Below, piece by piece: positions 40,368-49,017 of a stretch of 64,000 nt of DNA. The DNA lies in assembly GCA_947478395.1 (NCBI GenBank), contig CANJVR010000001.1, positions 192,001-256,000 on the forward strand, given 5' to 3'. The notes under the pieces were generated by a model, which was given only the letters and a program-made list of their open reading frames with translations, did not search any database and was not told the origin of the DNA. Every line of letters starts with the position of its first letter. The stretch's first letter is position 1. Source of the stretch: Opitutia bacterium (lineage in GTDB: Bacteria; Verrucomicrobiota; Verrucomicrobiia; Opitutales; Opitutaceae). Made by a program: the position numbers and the translations under genes.

Positions 40368-40829
40368 TTAACGACATATGCTGCTGCAGAGTCCTGCTTC
40401 CTTTAGTTTCCGGCGAATGATCGCCTTCATAAGAGAGACGGCAAGATTGAGCTCCGCGTCTCCGACCTGGTGGTCAATGAGCTTATCTTCCAAGTGACAA
40501 ACGCATCTATTTGCGGCGACCAGAACTTTCCACAACGCCTCACAATCTTCGTCGGTAGCAGGCAGGAGGATGGCCCGGACTTTGCACCTGAACTGCGGCG
40601 TGGATGGCTGTAGAGTAGTCCACTTCACGGTGTGAATGCTAATCGAGAACCGCTCACACAACGCGCGACATGTGGCTATTGCGGCGTCCATACATCCGCG
40701 GTAAATCCTACCTTCTTTGTCGTGTCCGACGGCGCTTTTGTAGTCGGCCACATCAGCAAATGACTCCAGGACACACCAGCGATGGTCGAGATGGGGGACT
40801 TCGTCAGCTGAGATTTTACTCTTCTTCAT
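40368..40829 (-). CDS. Cassette 1: hypothetical protein
   Basis: ORF fills cassette; ANRCVCHL weakly HEPN-like. Confidence 0.65.
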   Translation of the reverse strand: MKKSKISADEVPHLDHRWCVLESFADVADYKSAVGHDKEGRIYRGCMDAAIATCRALCERFSISIHTVKWTTLQPSTPQFRCKVRAILLPATDEDCEALWKVLVAANRCVCHLEDKLIDHQVGDAELNLAVSLMKAIIRRKLKEAGLCSSICR

Positions 40830-40835
40830 GTCTTT

Positions 40836-40880
40836 GCCGAACAGTGTTATTCACCCGAACTAGGTTTGTTACTGCTACAC
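40836..40880 (-). other. attI-like recombination site
   Basis: Minus strand GTAACAAACCTAGTTCGGGTGAATAACACTG|TTCGGC; core without attC hairpin. Confidence 0.65.
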
Positions 40881-41321
40881 AGCGGTGAAAGGCGGGGGAC
40901 GCTAGGCATGATGTTCTTTATGACCGTGTCCGCGCGCTGGATTACTCTTCCTCCCAGTTGAAGCGCCGCTGCCGCGAGCCAGACGCGCGCGGGTATCGCA
41001 AGCAACCTCAATGCCGAAAAGAACGGCCGCCGCTTTCGTTTTTTAAATCGGGTCAGTACGTACGATCAAATCGAACGGACTGCTCGCGCCGGTTTTGGGG
41101 TTTGAGTTGGGGGTGCGGCGAGGGGGCGCGGGGTGCGGAAGGGCATCGCGCTGCGGCACTCCCGAACAGGGGGCTGGGCTGGGCGGACGTAGGAAAGCTG
41201 AGGCCGGCAGGCAGGGACGCCTGCCGCTACGTAGAGCGGGGACGGAGACACGCTCACCGCTCAAAAATTGCAGGGACGCGCCGGTTGAATACTCAGCCCA
41301 CGTCCAGCGGGCGGGCTTACG

Positions 41322-42926
41322 TCACTTCGCGGCTAGACCGGGGGCGGCGCGGAAGGTCGCGAGACACGCGCCACTCGTCGTGTCCCAAATGCGGACTTCA
41401 CCGTCGTAACCGGCCGTCACGAGTCGGTTCGCGGCGGCATCGCAATCGAGCGCATAAACCCAGTCGTGATGGCCGACGTAGGCCCGGATTTCTTTCATCG
41501 TCGCGAGATCAAATTGTTTCACCCCGCCATCGGCCGAGGCGGCGAACACCTGGCCACCGCTCACCGCCAGCGCGAACACTTCCTGCTTGAAGCCGTGCTC
41601 CAGGTAACGCGCGTGACCCTTTTTCGCGAAACGGTTTTCCATGTCGGCGGCCGTGCCATTTTCGTCGCGGGCTTTTTCCGGCTCCCAGATTTGAATCCAC
41701 GCGCCTTTCCCGGCGCTCACCGCCACGGCGGGATCGGCGGTGAACTTCACGTTGTACACCGGATTTTGGCCCGCGTACGTCCCGATCATTTGATTGTGGC
41801 CGTTATAGGCGGTGAAGAGTTCGCCGGTTTCCTCCGCGTAGATTTTCACGGTCTTGTCCTTGCTCGCGCTCGCGACGAAACGGTTGTCGGCGCTGAAACT
41901 CACGCCGGTCACCCAGTCGGAGTGCAACTTCATGTTCCAGAGGCGACGGCCATCAGCCGCATCGTACACGCGCACGGTTTGGTCGGCCGCGCCGGCGGCG
42001 ATACGCTGGCCGTCGGCGCGAAAAACAGCGGAAAGCACCACGTCGTCAAAGGTATCGAGCACGCGGATTTTCTGCCCGCTGGCGGCGTCGAGGAGCGTGA
42101 GTTCGCCGTAATCGCCGGGCGTGCCGCCGCCGACGAGCAGCTGGCGTCCGTCGTGACTGAACGCGAGCGTCTGGATGCGTTGCGGGAGATGTCCGAGGCG
42201 ACGCGCGAGCCGGCCGGTGGTCGTGTCCCAGATGGTGACTTCGTGATAACCGCCGACGGCGACTTCACGGCCGCCGGGCGCGAGGGCGACGGCGAGCACG
42301 GGGACGGAGAGACGGTAGACGTCGGGCGCGGCGGGGTGTTCGCGCGGGCCGAGCATTGATTTCAAGGCGAGCTTGCGATCGGGGCCGTCGAATTTCGCGC
42401 CCTGCTCGATCCAGTTTTTGACGAGTGCGATTTGCGCCGGGGTCAGGGCATCGTCTTCGAACGGCATGCGTTCGTCTTCGGCGGTCGCGGTGATACGGGC
42501 AAAAAATTCGGATTTGTCCGCGTGGCCCGGCTCGATCGCGGCGCCGTTGGAGCCGCCGCGCATCATCTGCTCGAACGTGTGGAGGCGGAGGCTGCCGGAA
42601 TCCTTGCGCTCGCCGTGGCAGCTGATGCAGCGCTTGACGACGATGGGGGCGACGTCGCGCACGAAACTGACCTCCGCGGCGGGCGCGAGCGGAGCGAGCG
42701 CGGCGGGCGCAAGGACGCCGAGCAGGCGCCGCCAGTTTTGAGTTTTGGGTTTTGAGTTTTGAGTTGGCGCGCGCGGGGTCGGAGTTGGGAGTTCCGGGTT
42801 CCGAGTTCCGAATTCCGAGTTCCGGGTTGGAAGGCACTCGCGTTCACCGCGACGCCGAATTCCGAATGCCCAACTCAAAACCCAAAACCCGAAACTCAAA
42901 ACCCCGCCATTCTGATCCGTGTTCAT
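41322..42926 (-). CDS. Planctomycete cytochrome-c domain plus WD40 repeat protein
   Basis: VSFVRDVAPI..RCISCHG, RMP, WIEQGA, WD repeats; true start uncertain because of repeat tract. Confidence 0.85.
   Translation of the reverse strand: MNTDQNGGVLSFGFWVLSWAFGIRRRGERECLPTRNSEFGTRNPELPTPTPRAPTQNSKPKTQNWRRLLGVLAPAALAPLAPAAEVSFVRDVAPIVVKRCISCHGERKDSGSLRLHTFEQMMRGGSNGAAIEPGHADKSEFFARITATAEDERMPFEDDALTPAQIALVKNWIEQGAKFDGPDRKLALKSMLGPREHPAAPDVYRLSVPVLAVALAPGGREVAVGGYHEVTIWDTTTGRLARRLGHLPQRIQTLAFSHDGRQLLVGGGTPGDYGELTLLDAASGQKIRVLDTFDDVVLSAVFRADGQRIAAGAADQTVRVYDAADGRRLWNMKLHSDWVTGVSFSADNRFVASASKDKTVKIYAEETGELFTAYNGHNQMIGTYAGQNPVYNVKFTADPAVAVSAGKGAWIQIWEPEKARDENGTAADMENRFAKKGHARYLEHGFKQEVFALAVSGGQVFAASADGGVKQFDLATMKEIRAYVGHHDWVYALDCDAAANRLVTAGYDGEVRIWDTTSGACLATFRAAPGLAAK
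42734..42903. repeat. Heptamer tandem/inverted repeat tract
   Basis: (ttttgag)n, (ttccgag)n, (ctcaaaa)n; related tracts near 14583, 41092, 60048, 60111. Confidence 0.75.
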
Positions 42927-42935
42927 GGTGGTGGC

Positions 42936-45900
42936 TTAGTGTTGAAACAGAAACTCGCGGGTGTTCAGGACCGACCAGAGCAGGTCCATGACGGCGTCGC
43001 CGCGTTTGGTCGCAGTCGCGATGAAGGTCCGGCCGGACTGGCGTTCCGGGGCGCTGGGAAAGCGCGCGAGGGCGGATAGGTAAAGTTCATCGAGCAATTG
43101 CGCGTCATCGAGCCGGTCGTAAGCGGTCCCGCCGGACGACGCGGCCTGGTGCACCATTGCGCCGTTCAACAATTCCAATGCCTGCAAAAGCGTGGGCGAA
43201 GTCGCCCGTTCGCAGCTGCACGCGGTCTCGCGCTTGGGCTGGCCGAAGGCGACCATGAACGGCATCGACTCCGGATAAGGCCGCTGCGTCGCGTACTCGA
43301 GGTGCTGTTGCTGCGCGGAGAGCCGCTGCTGAATCCCGCGGAATGTTTCATCCATCTCCGGATAAAATCCGTGAATGCTTTCGCGTTCGGCGGCGCTGCG
43401 CTGATCGGCGGGCTTCGCGAGCGCGGCGAAAAGCTGCGGCAAGATCGGCATGGTACTCGCGGCGGCTTCGGGCGCGGCGGCGACAACTGCGGGCACGCCG
43501 GCAACCGGTACCACCGCGGCATCGGCATCCGCGACCACGGCCGCGACGGCTTCGACAGCGGGCGCATCGGATTTCGCCGGCGCGGTGCCCGCGACGGTGG
43601 CGGTGTTGGCCAGCTTCGAACCATCGACGCGGAAACGGAACTGCGCCTCGTCCTGGCGGCTGGTGAATTTCATCACCAGGTTGTTTACGCCTGGTGCGAG
43701 CTCGAGCTGGATCTTGCGCTCGCCCATGAGCGACTGGCGCAGCGCGGGTTTGCCGTTGAGCCAGAGCGGTCCGCTGCCGCGGGCGGTGACTTGGAGCGTG
43801 CGGGCCTCGCGCGAATAAATCTGGCGGGCGAGATAGACGGCGGAATCCTTCGGACAATCGATGGTGTAGATTGGACTCGGATCGTTCCATTCCGGATGCA
43901 TGCGCCAGTGCCGCAGGCCGTCGTCGAATACGGCGGTGAAATCCAACGGGCCCTTTTCCGGACCGAATTCCTGCTCGCGCGACTCCTGCCGATTCGAGCC
44001 GACGAACGGCCCGACCGCATACCAGCTGCCCAGCCACAGGTCGCGCGCGGCGACGTCGGCCGTGGCGCGTTCCAGCCAGGTGGGGAAATCTTTTTCCAAC
44101 GCCGCGCGGCGCTCATCGAGCGCGGTGCGGTTGACCGCGATCTGCTCCGGCAACGCCTCCATCGGCGAAAGCGTGCGGGCGGCGAGGCCGACGGCGTCCT
44201 TGAGTTGCTCGGCCGTCAACAGGCGCGGCCGGGCGTGCGAAAAGAGCAGTTCGTCGGAATCGTTGAACGCGGTGGTTTCGATCGCGCGCTGGTAAGTCTG
44301 GCTGTTGCAGATCAGGCGGACGATCGCTTTGCGGCGGTAGCCGCCTTTCACGAACTCGCGCGCGAGGGCATCGAGGAGCGGACCGTTGGCGGGTGGATTC
44401 GAGGAGCGGAAATCGTCGACGGGATCGACGATGCCGCGGCCGAGCAGGTGCGCCCAAATGCGGTTCACTTCGACGCGGGCGAAGAAAGGATTTTCCGGTG
44501 CGGTCAGCCACGCCGCGAATTGCGGGCGACGATCGGGCGCGGTGTCGATCGCGCCGGCCGGCTCGCCCCACGGACGCACCGCGAGTTTCGTCGTGGGGTG
44601 TTCGGTCTCGCCCGTCGTCGCGAGGCGGACAACACCTTGGTCAACGACGGTGCGCGCGAACACGGCGCCGAGGCTGTAGTAGTCGCGCATCGTCCATTTT
44701 TCGTACGGATGGTTGTGGCACTTCGCGCACTCGAGCCGGGAGCCGAGGAAAAGTTGCGCGGTCATCTCGGTGCGTTCCTGCGCGCCCGGAATCGCGACGA
44801 AGAAATTGGCCTCGGGCACATCGCGCGTATCGCCGGAAGCGGTGAGGAGTTGGCGGGCGAACACGTCGTAGGGCCGATCCTCGCGCTGGGCCGTCACGAG
44901 CCATTCGGAAAACGCCTCGGCGCGGCCGTCCTTCAAGCGCGACTTCGAGACGCGCATCAAGTCGGCTTCCTTCAGCGCCCAGAAACGGGCGAACGCATCG
45001 CCGGCCAGCAACGTGTCGATCAGCTTGGCGCGTTTGTGCGGAGAAGCGTCCGCGATAAAAGCCCGCGCTTCGGCGGCGCCGGGGATCAGGCCGGTGAGAT
45101 CGAGATAAAGGCGGCGGACAAACGTCGCATCGTCGCAGGTGTCGGCCGGCAGGTATTGCAGCTGGCGGAGCTTCGCATTGACCAGCGTGTCGATGAAGTT
45201 TTTCTCGGCGGGCGCCTGCCACGCAAAATTCGGGACATTCTCGATGACGGTGAAATAGACCGACTGCACTTCGGCGAGATAACGCACGCTCACGGCGGCC
45301 TGCCCGCGATGCCGGCCGGTGACGAGGCCCTTCGGGTCGACGGTGGCGATATCCTGGCTCGACGTATCGTAGGTCGCGATCGGAGTGACGTCGCGCACGG
45401 AGCCATCCGAAAAATACGCGAGCACGCTCAGTTGCTGCGTGAGGTATGGCGCGGTCAGGACGCGCTCGGGACCGGGATGCACGACGATGCGCTCGCATTC
45501 GACGGCGGGCAGATCGACGTTGGCGCCCTCGGAGATCCACGTGAGGAGCGTCTGATAAGGTGTCTCGCCGTGGCGGAGCCGTTTGCCGCCGACGTGGGCG
45601 AGCTCCATGAGCGGCTTGCGCAGGAGAAGACTCTCCTCGGGTTGCAAGAGATCGAGGCGCCGGCTGAAACCGTCGCGCGTGAGCGAACGCCGGTCGATGG
45701 TCGGATCGTAGCCGAACAGCGAGAGCGCAAAACCGGCCTTGCCCTGCGGCGAGCCGTGGCACGAGCCGGTGGCGCAGCCCTGCTTGGTGAGGATCGCCAT
45801 CGTCTCAAATTTGAAGAGGACCGGATCGGGCGCGGCGCTGTTGCGCACGGTGGCGGGGACTTGGACGGAGCGGCCGTTCCACGTCACGGTGAGCGAGGCC

Positions 45901-46184
45901 TGACCATCGCCGGCGGCGCTGGCCTGGGCGTGATCGATGTGAACGACCTTTTCGTTGCTGCTGCGAATCTGGGCGAGTGGCGTGACGTCGCGCGCTTCGC
46001 CATCGATCATGGCGGTGACGACCAATTGGCGGGCATCGCGGTGACTGTTGAGCGTGAGCGCCGCGGGATAGACCTCGAGCGGCGCGGAGGGTTTCTGCGC
46101 CGGGAGTTGGGCGTTGTCTCCGGCGGCGGTAGCGGTGAGCGCGAACGTGGCGGCCGAGCAGCAAAGTAGCGCGCGGCGGAACAT
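42936..46184 (-). CDS. DUF1549/DUF1553 domain protein with Ig-like repeats
   Basis: GCATGSCHG, FVRRLYLDLTG, LECAKCHNHP, VNRIWAHLLGRGIVDPVDD, ACSCER; alternative start 46307. Confidence 0.9.
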   Translation of the reverse strand: MFRRALLCCSAATFALTATAAGDNAQLPAQKPSAPLEVYPAALTLNSHRDARQLVVTAMIDGEARDVTPLAQIRSSNEKVVHIDHAQASAAGDGQASLTVTWNGRSVQVPATVRNSAAPDPVLFKFETMAILTKQGCATGSCHGSPQGKAGFALSLFGYDPTIDRRSLTRDGFSRRLDLLQPEESLLLRKPLMELAHVGGKRLRHGETPYQTLLTWISEGANVDLPAVECERIVVHPGPERVLTAPYLTQQLSVLAYFSDGSVRDVTPIATYDTSSQDIATVDPKGLVTGRHRGQAAVSVRYLAEVQSVYFTVIENVPNFAWQAPAEKNFIDTLVNAKLRQLQYLPADTCDDATFVRRLYLDLTGLIPGAAEARAFIADASPHKRAKLIDTLLAGDAFARFWALKEADLMRVSKSRLKDGRAEAFSEWLVTAQREDRPYDVFARQLLTASGDTRDVPEANFFVAIPGAQERTEMTAQLFLGSRLECAKCHNHPYEKWTMRDYYSLGAVFARTVVDQGVVRLATTGETEHPTTKLAVRPWGEPAGAIDTAPDRRPQFAAWLTAPENPFFARVEVNRIWAHLLGRGIVDPVDDFRSSNPPANGPLLDALAREFVKGGYRRKAIVRLICNSQTYQRAIETTAFNDSDELLFSHARPRLLTAEQLKDAVGLAARTLSPMEALPEQIAVNRTALDERRAALEKDFPTWLERATADVAARDLWLGSWYAVGPFVGSNRQESREQEFGPEKGPLDFTAVFDDGLRHWRMHPEWNDPSPIYTIDCPKDSAVYLARQIYSREARTLQVTARGSGPLWLNGKPALRQSLMGERKIQLELAPGVNNLVMKFTSRQDEAQFRFRVDGSKLANTATVAGTAPAKSDAPAVEAVAAVVADADAAVVPVAGVPAVVAAAPEAAASTMPILPQLFAALAKPADQRSAAERESIHGFYPEMDETFRGIQQRLSAQQQHLEYATQRPYPESMPFMVAFGQPKRETACSCERATSPTLLQALELLNGAMVHQAASSGGTAYDRLDDAQLLDELYLSALARFPSAPERQSGRTFIATATKRGDAVMDLLWSVLNTREFLFQH

Positions 46185-46303
46185 CGTGCCCAAAGCACGG
46201 GAAAATGGGGATGGGGTGCCCTCACCCCACTTCGAGGTCGCTGGTTGAATCACGTTTTGGGAGGCAAGCGCAGCCCGCCGATAGTTTTCGTTGGCGGCAT
46301 CCA

Positions 46304-47743
46304 TCATACAAATAGCTCCGGGATCGGTTTGCCCTTGGCCGCGAGCATGATTGGGCGGTTGTTCGGCGTGTGGAGGGGAACGCTGCGGTCGATGCCGAGC
46401 TTTTCGTAGATCGTCGCCGCGTAATCCTCGATCGTGTACGCGGTGGAATTCGTGATGTAGCCGCCGTCGCGGTCGGTGGAGCCGACGACCTGGCCGCCGG
46501 GTACGCCCGCGCCGGCAAAGGCAAAACTGAACGCGTGCGTCCAGTGATCGCGGCCCTGGCGGTCGTTGATCTTCGGCGTGCGGCCGAATTCGGTGACGAA
46601 GCAGACCAGCGTGTCCTCCAACAATCCGCGTTGATCCATATCTTCGATGAGCGCGGCGAACGCCTGGTCGGTCGAACCCATCATCGGCCACGTGCCGATG
46701 CCCCAGCGACCGGCGCCGGGACCGCCGTTGGGAATGTTGGTGTGACCGGTCGAGTAGATCGCGTCGTGGTGATCCCAGTTCATGTTCGTGCCGCCGTCGT
46801 AAGACTTGTCCTTGCCGTCGACCCACGATTGGCGCGGCTCGCGGACGTCGACCGTCACGAAGCGCACGCCGGACTCGATGAGTTTGCGCCCGAGGAGGTA
46901 GCACTGACCGCGGTGACCGTTGCCGTAGGCGGCGCGCATCTGCGGCGACTCGCGTTCGAGGTCGAAGGCCTCGCGCGTCTTCGGATTCGTCAGCATGTTT
47001 TCCGCCTGTTCGAGCAGCGCGTGCATGGCCTCGACATCCTTGACGTGGCCGCCGTGGGCGAAACCGACGTCGAGGTTGCTCAGCAAATCGCGGCGGCGCA
47101 GAAAACGCTCCGGGGAAATATCGGCGAGCAGCCCGAGATTGGGCACGCGCCATTTCGGATCGGCGAGATTGCCGCCGGTCTTGAACACGGCGTAGCCCGG
47201 CGGGAGAAAACCGGAACGCGATGTCGACGCCTGTTCGCTGGTGCCGGGCACGAGGATATTGCTCGGCAGAAATTCGGAGCGCGTGCCCATGATCGAGGCG
47301 ACGACGGAGCTGATGTCGGGCATCTCGACGGCGCCGCCCGGGGCTTCACCGGAGAAAATATATTGCGAGCCCTTCGGGTGGGAATCGCCGATCCCGGGCG
47401 TCGGCTGCGTCATGCAGCGCACGACCGTGAGTTTGTTCGCGACCTTGGCCGTTTTGGCGAGGAGTTCGGTGAACTGCATCCCGGGCACGACCGTGGAAAT
47501 CGGCTTGAATGGACTGCGATGTTCGGCGGGCGCGTCGGGCTTGGGATCGAACGTGTCGATGTGCGATACACCGCCCTGTTCGAAAATCACGAGCACCTGT
47601 TTGGCGCGGCCCTTGCGGGCACCCGCGGGGGGCGTGGCCGCGAAGATCGAAGGGAGAGTGGCGTACCCGGCAAGGTGCGCCATACCGCCGAGACCGAGGC
47701 CAATGAAACTACGACGGCGAAGCAAGGGGACGTGGGAATGCAT
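46304..47743 (-). CDS. DUF1501 domain protein
   Basis: Twin-arginine-like leader, GGVSHIDTFDPKP, WDHH, EFGRTPKIN, GRDHW. Confidence 0.9.
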   Translation of the reverse strand: MHSHVPLLRRRSFIGLGLGGMAHLAGYATLPSIFAATPPAGARKGRAKQVLVIFEQGGVSHIDTFDPKPDAPAEHRSPFKPISTVVPGMQFTELLAKTAKVANKLTVVRCMTQPTPGIGDSHPKGSQYIFSGEAPGGAVEMPDISSVVASIMGTRSEFLPSNILVPGTSEQASTSRSGFLPPGYAVFKTGGNLADPKWRVPNLGLLADISPERFLRRRDLLSNLDVGFAHGGHVKDVEAMHALLEQAENMLTNPKTREAFDLERESPQMRAAYGNGHRGQCYLLGRKLIESGVRFVTVDVREPRQSWVDGKDKSYDGGTNMNWDHHDAIYSTGHTNIPNGGPGAGRWGIGTWPMMGSTDQAFAALIEDMDQRGLLEDTLVCFVTEFGRTPKINDRQGRDHWTHAFSFAFAGAGVPGGQVVGSTDRDGGYITNSTAYTIEDYAATIYEKLGIDRSVPLHTPNNRPIMLAAKGKPIPELFV

Positions 47744-47965
47744 CGGTGGGGAATTCGCGGATGCAACTTTCGCATCAGCGACGCAAAAATCTCGCCGGTG
47801 TAATTATCAAGGCAAGCGGAATGGGACGCGCGTGTTTCGCACGGGCGGAGCCGGTTGGGAAAAATCGTGAGACTCAATCGGTCGCAGCGATCCAGCGCCC
47901 AGCGCCGGCCCGACTAAAAGATCCCCTCGCTTGCTTACGCCAGCGCCGGCGTAATGTGCTTAACC

Positions 47966-48829
47966 ATGCGGCGTCACCCCACAGCTAGGCGCCCACTTGT
48001 CGTTTCGATTTTTGGCCTCGTTGCGATCCTGCTTTGCACGTTGGAGTCCCGGGCCGAAACCGCATCGGCCCCCGATGCGACGCCCGCCGGCCAAACCGGC
48101 GACACTCCCTCGTCGAAGGAACGCACCATCGCCGACCTCAAGCTCGCGCTCCGGTGGGTCGAGGCCGGCACGTTCACGATGGGCAGCGATAACGAGGAGC
48201 CCTCGCGCAACAAGGCGGAGGGCCCGCGCATGCAGGTCACGTTGACCAAAGGATTCTGGCTCGGCCGGACCGAAGTGACGCAAGCGCAGTACGAAGCCAT
48301 CGTGGGGACGAACCCCAGTACCTTCAAAACCCTCGGGCCCGATGCGCCGGTCGAATGCGTTTCGTGGCTGGATGCGATGGCGTTTTGCGCAAAATTAAAC
48401 GAACGCGAGCGCGCCGCCGGCCGTTTGCCGGCGGGCTACGCCTACACGCTGCCCACGGAAGCAGAGTGGGAGTATGCGCACCGCTCGGGCACAACCGGAA
48501 ATTATCCAGGCGAACCGAATGCCATGGCGTGGACCAAGGAAAATAGCGGTGAGACCACGCACGTCGTCGCTACAAAGCAGCCGAACGCATGGGGCTTTTA
48601 CGACCTGGCCGGAAATGTTCTGGAATGGTGCTACGACTGGTACGGCGACTATCCGGGCGGCGCGGTGACCGATCCCAAAGGACCGGGCCGCGGTTTTTAT
48701 CGGATGGCCCGTGGCGGGAGTTGGCGGATGGACGTCGAGGTGGGCCGGTCCGCCGCCAGAGCCGGAGGATCGGAGGGCCGCGTCGACTACACGATCGGGT
48801 TCCGGCTTGCGCTTTGCGCGGCGAGATAA
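47966..48829 (+). CDS. Formylglycine-generating enzyme (SUMF1/FGE-sulfatase) family protein
   Basis: FTMGS, EVTQAQY, LPTEAEWEYA, PNAWGFYDLAGNVLEWC, RGGSW, IGFRL. Confidence 0.88.
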   Translation: MRRHPTARRPLVVSIFGLVAILLCTLESRAETASAPDATPAGQTGDTPSSKERTIADLKLALRWVEAGTFTMGSDNEEPSRNKAEGPRMQVTLTKGFWLGRTEVTQAQYEAIVGTNPSTFKTLGPDAPVECVSWLDAMAFCAKLNERERAAGRLPAGYAYTLPTEAEWEYAHRSGTTGNYPGEPNAMAWTKENSGETTHVVATKQPNAWGFYDLAGNVLEWCYDWYGDYPGGAVTDPKGPGRGFYRMARGGSWRMDVEVGRSAARAGGSEGRVDYTIGFRLALCAAR

Positions 48830-49017
48830 GCGGCGCGCGAACTGAGGGCACGCTCGCCCCGCAGACGCCCCAAAATAGCCAGCGGCGGCGACGGCGTCAC
48901 CGGGCGCTTAGGGGCACCCCAAAAACGGACGAAGCCAGGAAAATTTTCCTGATTTTTCTGGCCAACCTGACAGACTCCGGCGCCCCTATCATAGCTCTAA
49001 GAAATTTTGATTTAATT

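Larger units (their letters stand above)
32608..40880 (-). mobile_element. Integron-type gene-cassette array (17 cassettes) with attI-like site but no adjacent intI
   Basis: 16 attC-type sites plus remnant separate 1-2 gene units; core-site pairing follows cassette boundaries. Confidence 0.9.

Noticed and set aside
40912..40925. LexA box upstream of the attI-like site
   Set aside because: Only one half (TGTTC) of the Verrucomicrobia TGTTC-N4-GAACA motif is present.
40958..41590. Plus-strand ORF as an integrase remnant
   Set aside because: No recombinase motifs, Arg-rich shadow composition, overlaps REP and WD40 gene.
43098..47803. Long antisense ORFs (1023 aa and 477 aa), and similar ones at 14496 and 22774
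   Set aside because: Shadow frames of real genes in high-GC DNA with no recognisable motifs.
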